A DNA stretch of 64,000 nt from contig NMRA01000085.1 of the NCBI GenBank assembly GCA_002633005.1, positions 851,252 through 915,251 on the forward strand, written 5' to 3'. The notes under the pieces were generated by a model that ran no database searches, had not been told where the DNA came from, and saw only the letters and a list, made by a program, of their open reading frames with translations. A program made the translations under genes and the position numbers. Below, in pieces: positions 38,192 through 64,000 of the stretch. Each line of letters begins with the position of its first letter. The first letter of the stretch is position 1. This DNA is from Phoronis australis. Lineage: Eukaryota > Animalia > Phoronida.

Positions 38192-38316
38192 ACATGACCG
38201 CCGGTCCTCTAAACAGGACCCCCGGGGATCAAATGGGACCGCCGCACCAGAAAATGGGACTGACGCACCCAAAAACATGACCGCCCCACCACAAAACAGG
38301 ACCGCCGGGGACTAAA
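38192..38316. repeat. ~21-bp GC-rich minisatellite (GGGACCGCCGCACCAGAAAAT-like)
   Basis: About six degenerate units with a GACCGCC core. Confidence 0.7.
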
Positions 38317-39519
38317 ACCGCAATAACTAACAGGCTAAGATTTATTACCGTTAGGCCTACACAGATCATACAATGGGGCTATATACGTATGCATATGCAG
38401 GTCTTGTGCCGATTAATCCACCGAAATCTTTTGTGAGCAACAAAGGACACTTCGCTTTGTAATACGCGGCGCTTTTGAGTTTTACTCATCACCAGGCTCC
38501 CGGCTGCGGTATGTGACTTATAAACAGTTGAAAGGTCAACATTTAATAAATCTAACACAAAACAACCTCGTTGTACGCTTTTGAGCTAAATAATTATAAT
38601 TTTATCCACTGCATAANCACGTTCCGTGACACGGCAGTTGCTCACTTCAGGCTGGTACTTTACATCAGTTTCAAGATATGTCGATAAAGATAAAACATTT
38701 GTTGATCAAGAAACTTTTTTCCTATAATTTATTACCTAAACGGTTACTGTTGCTGACGTACCCTCGCGATGAATCAGGGCTGACCTCAGTAGCCTAGCGT
38801 TGTTATAAAATCTTTGCTACTAGTAGTGATAGTAAACATTGGAGCTTGACACCCAGAGCCATTTACTACCTGGCCTAGTATTCTGTATATTTTATGAATG
38901 ACTTTTATAAAATACTTAAAGACTTTTCGTTAGAATATACATAAACAGCTCAAGAACAGAGTATGACATGACATAGATTTTTTTCTACATCCATTATTTG
39001 TGATTTTACAAAATAATACGTTTGATGTGAAGGTGGTGTATGAATACAAAACATGTAGTAATTTTCATTACAGGCTTTGGTGGTTTATTTCAAGCTTTTC
39101 AGTTTCATTCATACACTTTTGAGAACTTCATGATATTTTCGTAATAGTGGATGTAACAGTTTTACAGCTATATCATATAATTATTGAGAACTATTTCAGT
39201 TGCGTACTGATATGTCCCTGTGTAAGTTGGTTAAGCAGACGTCACTAGTGTCATTCATATAAATGAACACCAGTGAGTAGAACAAGATACAAAATAATGG
39301 CAGATTTTTTATAAAGCTGGCCACAGGTGTCAAGAGAATCTTAGACATTATTCACCTAAACAAGCAATCTTGTTTATTCATTATTCATATTTGATTGTTA
39401 AACGCAAGACACTTTTCATTGTTCACAGTCTTTATTCCGTTACGTTTGTACTTTCGGAACAAAACTCTACTCTCAACTGAACATAGATATAGTAACTGAC
39501 CTAGCGACATAAATAGACA

Positions 39520-39563
39520 CACGATATTTCGAAACATACACTGTACTTGTTCATTCTCAAGTG
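39520..39563 (-). ncRNA. Minimal type I hammerhead ribozyme (U3-A8 variant) in Penelope pLTR
   Basis: Minus strand: stem I CAC/GTG, core TTGAGAA, stem II GAACA/TGTTT, GAAA, palindromic ATAT stem III, AUC cleavage triplet. Same strand as, and downstream of, the GIY-YIG ORF. Confidence 0.75.
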
Positions 39564-39689
39564 AAGATAAAATGACGCAGTAATGCCACCACACCACCAC
39601 AAAGTATAAGCTGATGACACACACAGTGACACACGGAGAGAGTGAAATACTGCAAAAAATGACTAATGAATGGGGGTAAAAGGAAAGTC

Positions 39690-40200
39690 ACGCCAACAAG
39701 TGTAACGTGCGGCGCGACCCTGTTTGCTGCTCATTCAAAACAGGCTTCTCAAAAGCAATTAAAAGGGACTTTCAAACGCAGCACATCTTGCTCCACGTAG
39801 CGGATTGACGTGTTTTCCACAATTTCTTGACGGGTGATTTTACGTTCGTGGCATTGCAGAAAATGATCTTGGATGGCGCCATTTTGAAGATGCATGGATA
39901 ACCGACGGGAAAGACTGCAAACCGTTTGACCAATGTAACATTGTTTGACGTTTGAACGAAGACATTCGTTCATAGGGCATACAAACTCATAAACAACACT
40001 ACAATGTGCAACAGGGCGGACTTTCGCTTTAGAAATGTCATTTTTCATGATACTAAGTTGGAGGACTTCCCATTGCAATAATAAATAATAACATCGAGGT
40101 AATCATCAGGGTTACAAACTTTAACATTATCTCTTATAATTTTCAAAATAGCGTGTTCATCCTGGAGGTAATTATTAGACACGAAAGAAATTCAGGAATT
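39690..40200 (-). mobile_element. Penelope-like element GIY-YIG endonuclease fragment (copy 2)
   Basis: ORF 39749-40078: VVYEFVCPMNEC…CYIGQTVCSLSRRLSMHLQNGAIQDHF. Confidence 0.85.
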
Positions 40201-41653
40201 CGAAGTGTAAGGGATAAATACAAAACGTGCCTCGATTAGCGAAGGTGAAGTAATATCTCACCAGACATTACGCCGCGTATCGACCGAGACTGAAGGTCGA
40301 GGTCGATGCGCGGAATAATGTCGCGTGGGATATTACTTCCTCTAGGCAACTCTCGGTACGTTTTGTGTATTTGATATTGACAGCAATACCAGGATCCTGA
40401 TACTACCTTCTCCCTATGATTTTTTAATTCAGATTATTGCTGTATCAGAATCAAACGATGCATGGATGTAGGGGTTATCCAAATTTCCTGATACCCGCAC
40501 TTGTTTACGCCATACTTGAAAACGCAACTTTTTCGGTTGATATAGTGTCGAGGATGCGCATCGTGTAGTAGAATAGTCTCCAATTTTTGTTAAATGAAAT
40601 CGCGCCAACTTGAAAGTACATATTTCTTACGGAAGAAGTAACAGTTGAACACCGACTTAATTTCAAATGATGCAAAGATGACTTAAAACCCAGACCTCAA
40701 GAAAAAAAATTGAAAAACGATCCAATTGATATATTTTAGCATCAACTGCGTAAGCACGAGTTGCGTATAATTTTTGTCTGCTATGAAAATTGAATTTTGT
40801 TTCCTGTTTATGTTTTTGTATTACGTTCTCTGAGTGTGATAAATACTTTCATTTTTCCATCCCGGAAACTCAGCAGTCATTATTTGTCTGCTCCTGGCAT
40901 GAGCTAAAATGACAGAAAAATATTGAGACGTTCTGCATTGTTACAATAGACAAAAGCATTTATTGCACATTTTTGAGGTTTGTGTTTGGTGAAATCGAAT
41001 TCCTGTTCTTAAATCAAGCATATTATCCGGGAATATTAGCAATAGCGAGGATCCGTTTCTATGTACAGTATGTATACTTAGTTTCGTGTACTGGTGAACA
41101 TTTTTGGAGTCATCTGTATAATGAAAAGAGTGGAATTTTACTCGCTGTTTCTGTCGCTATTCTCAAAGTTACATAAAACCTGTGCTTTCTGTTTAAGAAA
41201 AACAAGTTTTGATTTAATAGAGTTGTATCTTGAGGAACTGTTGTTGTTCAGGAGCTACCTCCTGGCTCAGAAGATATTTCTTCAGGCAAAGCTGGTAAAA
41301 GTCCACATCACGCCGTGACCCATAACCTTGGTCTGAAGAAATATCACACTCCTTTCTGCCATCTTGTTTTGAGCACGTATGGGAAAATTTTTCAAATTCA
41401 TGTTTTGTCAGTTTAGTTGACAATTTAAAACATCCACACCCAATCGCTAAATAAATATACTTTACTCTTTCATTGACCTGTAACAATTTTTTCTCACTTA
41501 CCGTTTTTGCGTTATTTGCCTTCGAATTTCAAAAAGTGCAAAATTTGAAACTTTTCGAAATTTTTACGGAGTTTTGTAAATCTATACTTTTAGATAGAGT
41601 TTTGAAGGGGCTTTCAGATGTTTTTCATTTTTCTCTATGAAGTCTACTTTTTN

Positions 41654-41699
41654 CATCATCATCATCATCATCACCACCACCATCACCACCATCATCATC

Positions 41700-41749
<50 letters not shown>
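41654..41749. repeat. (CAT/CAC)n microsatellite adjoining an N
   Basis: About 32 trinucleotide units directly after N41653. Confidence 0.95.
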
Positions 41750-41751
<2 letters not shown>

Positions 41752-43349
41752 CCCATTAAAGCGCATTTCAGTTAATTTCGCCAACTGTCGCTCCTCCGAG
41801 CGCTTTCATTGTATTTGTTGTGAAAGTGTGGGTTGTGATCTGCAACCACTTCAGATAGGGAGTGAGGCTGATTCATATGTGACAGTGGAAACATATGTAT
41901 AAGCGCGATAAATAGGTAGGAAACTTCAGTGCCACGACAGCACCAAAATACGCCTCCAACACATTAAAGCTCAAGATATGCATATACTCAGGGTTCCTAT
42001 AAATGCTCTTCAACTGATTGTGCAATCACTAATTGGTAATTCATTTTGTGTTTTGTCAGTGCCTGTTTCATTAGATTTTATTATCCAGCGTAATTGATAC
42101 ATTTTCTGTAATTAATGGATTGAAGACAATAAAAAGTAAATATGCCAAGCTGTAAACAACAGTTTGCCTACGTGAAACTTAATTCTTTCTCAAGGAGATC
42201 TTATCACACACACAGAAGGGGATCAGATGTTGGCAAAAAGTAACGCTAAATAAGGTCCACGCTATGGTGACAGGAAATAGTCGCAAAGTCCGAAAGAATA
42301 TGCCATCTCTCACTAAGTCTAGATTAGCTATAAAATCGTACTTGTATTTGATTCTTATAACAGCAAATCAAATTATCCCTTGGCCTTAATGGTGGCAATC
42401 CTAGGTGGTCATCTGGTTATTTCCTGCTCTTTTATTTTGGATTCTGTTGCAGGAAACACGCCTAGAATCTGAAAAGATACATTTTTCTGAAAAAAAGTTG
42501 AACTCTGGAGTTTCTAAAGAGCTTTCTATACATGTAAAAGAAAATAATTTGGGTATTGAAAAAGTCAATTTCACTAATGAAATCAAAACTCACTAAACAG
42601 AAAGGAAAGGTCAAAATTCCAAAAACACTAAACTGCTTAACATAATAATGAGAAGAAAAAAGACACAGGCGACATTTAAAATTCTTGTTGTTGAAGAAAA
42701 AGAAGAATACTCCACTCTATATGAAACGTGAACAAATCAGCTTAAAAATAAGTTCCTCGCCGGGGGAAGTAAAGCCATCTACATAGGCCAGAATCTGCAT
42801 GTTCATCAAACTTGTGCAGTACCACAATATTGTGATTTTGTCATAATTTTGTATTTGTTTGAGTTTGTTTTGGTCCACTGGTCTGACCGTCCTCGCTCGA
42901 AAATCACTCGGACCGTCTGTGTTGGTGCCACTGGAATTGCATAGTTTTCAAATTAGTCTTATCTCTTACTTTACTAAGTTGTCTCTTTATTAAATAACTG
43001 TTCACTTTGGATTTACTTTATGTTAGCACAGCGAAATATTTCAGGTATGTTTCTGTCAACTTGCTTTGTATTTTATCGAGTAACTTCTATGGCCCATCCA
43101 GCCAGTGAGTATCCATATTTCAGATGCCCGTGCTGCTCATTTCTGTGGTAATTAACATGATGATGTCGTAGACCAAGTGCGTCACCCGACCAAGTTAACG
43201 TGGCTGAAACAGTGGTTTTATTCCTGTTTACATGACGCAAACACTTGAAGTGTATTGCACAGTTGTATTACTTGTACAATTATCTTGCCGTGCCGCGGCA
43301 GTCACTCTGACATGTGTGTATGGTGCGTATGTATTCCTTCTACTAAAAG

Positions 43350-43535
43350 TAAAAGTAGCGCCATCTTTTATTTGAATATAAACTAGCTGGTTGGTCATGC
43401 GCATGTCAGACCGGAACAGGCATGGTTTTCACCAACTGATCGCAACTGCTTAGAATTTCTCCGTGTTTTTATCTTCATATCTCCTCTGGGAAGTCGGATC
43501 AATCACCCTCTTATCCCTTTTACCCGTGAGTTAAA
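43350..43535 (+). promoter_or_regulatory. Putative housekeeping promoter / 5'UTR of ABCF1
   Basis: YY1-like CGCCATCTT (43359), NRF1-like TGCGCATG (~43398) and ETS-like CCGGAA (~43411) within 180 bp of the ATG. Motif inference only. Confidence 0.35.
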
Positions 43536-61957
<18,422 letters not shown>

Positions 61958-64000
61958 GGAGTGATGAAATAAATCAGAGAATGGCGACATAAAATGTGCT
62001 ACTGGGTTTATCTGTCCATGATGGTGAAATGCACCGATAATAATTATTGGCGTTGTTGTATTTATACCTGGTTAAAGGGACACAACTGGTTTTAGAGCCA
62101 AAGAAAATGGATTTTAGAATTATTGTTTTAAATTCTTAAAGTACTTGGCTGCTTGCTGAATGGGCTGCTAACCGGGCATTAAACTGTAATGGCTGAGGTC
62201 GTGAGCTCACTTCTGTCTTGGGGCTGGTCTCAAAAATACTTTTCTGTCAGATTGTGTCACTTTAAATGGAACAAAACACCGGTTCTGGGCAATTTACTAA
62301 AAATATGTCAAAAACGTTGCTGCTGTGAAACTGAACTCATTAAGTTGATCAGTTTTGGTGACACAGTTTTGCACCAAAAACATTGTGGCTATTCTCAGGT
62401 CAGAGAATGACTGGTACTCTGCCTTAACTGCAGGTGGGGTTACTGGTGCATGATCACCTTGTCTGGACACCAGGTCAGGTTACTAGTACATGATACTAGG
62501 TGTTGTGTGCAGTTTCCTGGTTGACCAGAAAAGTCGTGGAATAAATCATTTATGCAGGATTTTTGATATTGATGTAGTGAAAAATCTTTTTGCTTCCTTA
62601 AAGCAAACGCTATTTCCCATAATACATTTTTTTCGTGGTAACTAATCAGAAAACCAATATCTGTTTGCTCACAGTTTTGTTAGAAATGCTTACGAGCCTC
62701 TTAACTCTAGTCATGTTCCATAATGGCTTTTCCAGGTGGTGGAAACGCTTCCATGGCTATGCCGCTTCACTTTCAGCTGTTAATACCCTAAACCCCAGAC
62801 CTGGACAGGACTCTCGTCCCTGGATGTAGTGTTTGTTCACCGAGTATGTTTGATGCACGTGTGGAGTTAAGGAACACTGGTATAAAATTTGTATCATGGG
62901 TTTGGTGTTGGCAGCTCTGGCACTTGGATTCATAGGTGGAATTTAGAGGTGTAGCCATGGAATCGTTTCCACAACCTGATTTTACCCAGTTTTTGCTTGA
63001 AATATTATCCCCCTGGTGGTCGCCTGAGCAGTTAGGGCAGACCATCAAATAACAGAGACTGACTTTTGTGGATTATAATTTGTAGTCTTACAACGGATGG
63101 GGAGGAGTGATTGAAGGCAGGCGCCAGACTAAATTGGGTCAGCAACGCTATAAACCTGCCGTACTTCATAAAAAAATAACTTTTGTTTTTGTCTCCTTAC
63201 CGTTGTAAAATTGGTCTCGACTTGATACTCAGTGAAGTCGGAGGTCACTTCCGGACGTGGAAAGAACTGAAAGCTCGTTTGTACTCGAGACCAGGCTCTG
63301 CAAGTTGGCTCGTTACGGTGTATCATTTTATGCGCCAAGCATGGTGTTAGGCAATAACTGTCTAAGGTTAAAAGTCGCTTCCCATCAAATTAAAGACAAA
63401 TCTAACAGCACTAGATGGTATGAATGGATAGTTTGCCTCCTGGGCAGTACACTGTGCATGTCCTACCTGTTGTGTTCAGCTAAAGATAGAATAAGGTGCT
63501 ATTGGAGGATATTTTCTTCAATTTAAACCAAACCCAGACATTCTTGTGTTTTGACTAGTTCACCTGAATAATAGCGTATTCACTGAGGCTAGGATATTGA
63601 AAAGTTGGAACAGGCAGAACGGTCTTCCGAAAATGTGCAAAATAGCGACACCTTTGTCGATTTTTCTGGCTTAGTGCAATCACCACACCATAATAACTTC
63701 ACTGGCCACTTTAAAGGTTAATTCCACTAAAAGGCTTCCGTACTCAAACTGCTGATGAATATTTTGACTACATAAACGCTGATACAACGTAATTTACGTG
63801 AAACTTGTGCAACTCACTTTTTCAAAATACGAAATGTCACAACGAAGGAGAACGACAATTCCTAAACCTGAATGGCACAACATAATACATTGTGCACAAC
63901 ATAAAAACTAATAACAGGTAAAATTGATATTAGTTTTATTGCACATTCATTGACAGCATTCATCACATTGAGTTACCATTAATCATTCTAAATTGAGTAC

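Larger units (their letters stand above)
39493..40570. repeat. ~1.08-kb direct duplication, copy 2
   Basis: Matches 37131-38175 and retains a ~35-bp central hairpin (TCGACC…GGTCGA) missing from copy 1. Confidence 0.9.

Noticed and set aside
41618-41902. Poly-histidine ORF
   Set aside because: It is a translation of a (CAT)n microsatellite next to an N, with no gene context.

Overview
AT-rich eukaryotic genomic DNA, most consistent with a marine invertebrate animal (inference from spliceosomal introns and TE spectrum). It holds two host genes. (i) A single-coding-exon 459-aa type II membrane, DxD glycosyltransferase-like gene (2424-3803, minus). (ii) A multi-exon ABCF1/ABC50 gene (43536-61957, plus; 16 exons visible), in which the exon(s) for the first Walker A segment are missing, probably at an assembly join marked by N49825. 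The ~40 kb between them and the ABCF1 introns are dense with transposon remnants: a TTAA-flanked Kolobok-like element with a nested CCCTTACAAAAA-ended foldback element, L2/CR1 and Tx1/L1 LINE fragments, Harbinger- and hAT-like MITEs (one family with 6-bp TSDs), two kb-scale palindromes, a decayed Ty3/Gypsy element and a 3-kb CAC-ended element with a perfect 5-bp TSD (Transib-like signature). Three Penelope-like fragments carry hammerhead ribozyme motifs in their 3' regions: one has an apparently intact U3-A8 core and one lies directly behind a tRNA-Ser-derived Pol III head. All calls were read by eye, with no database searches.
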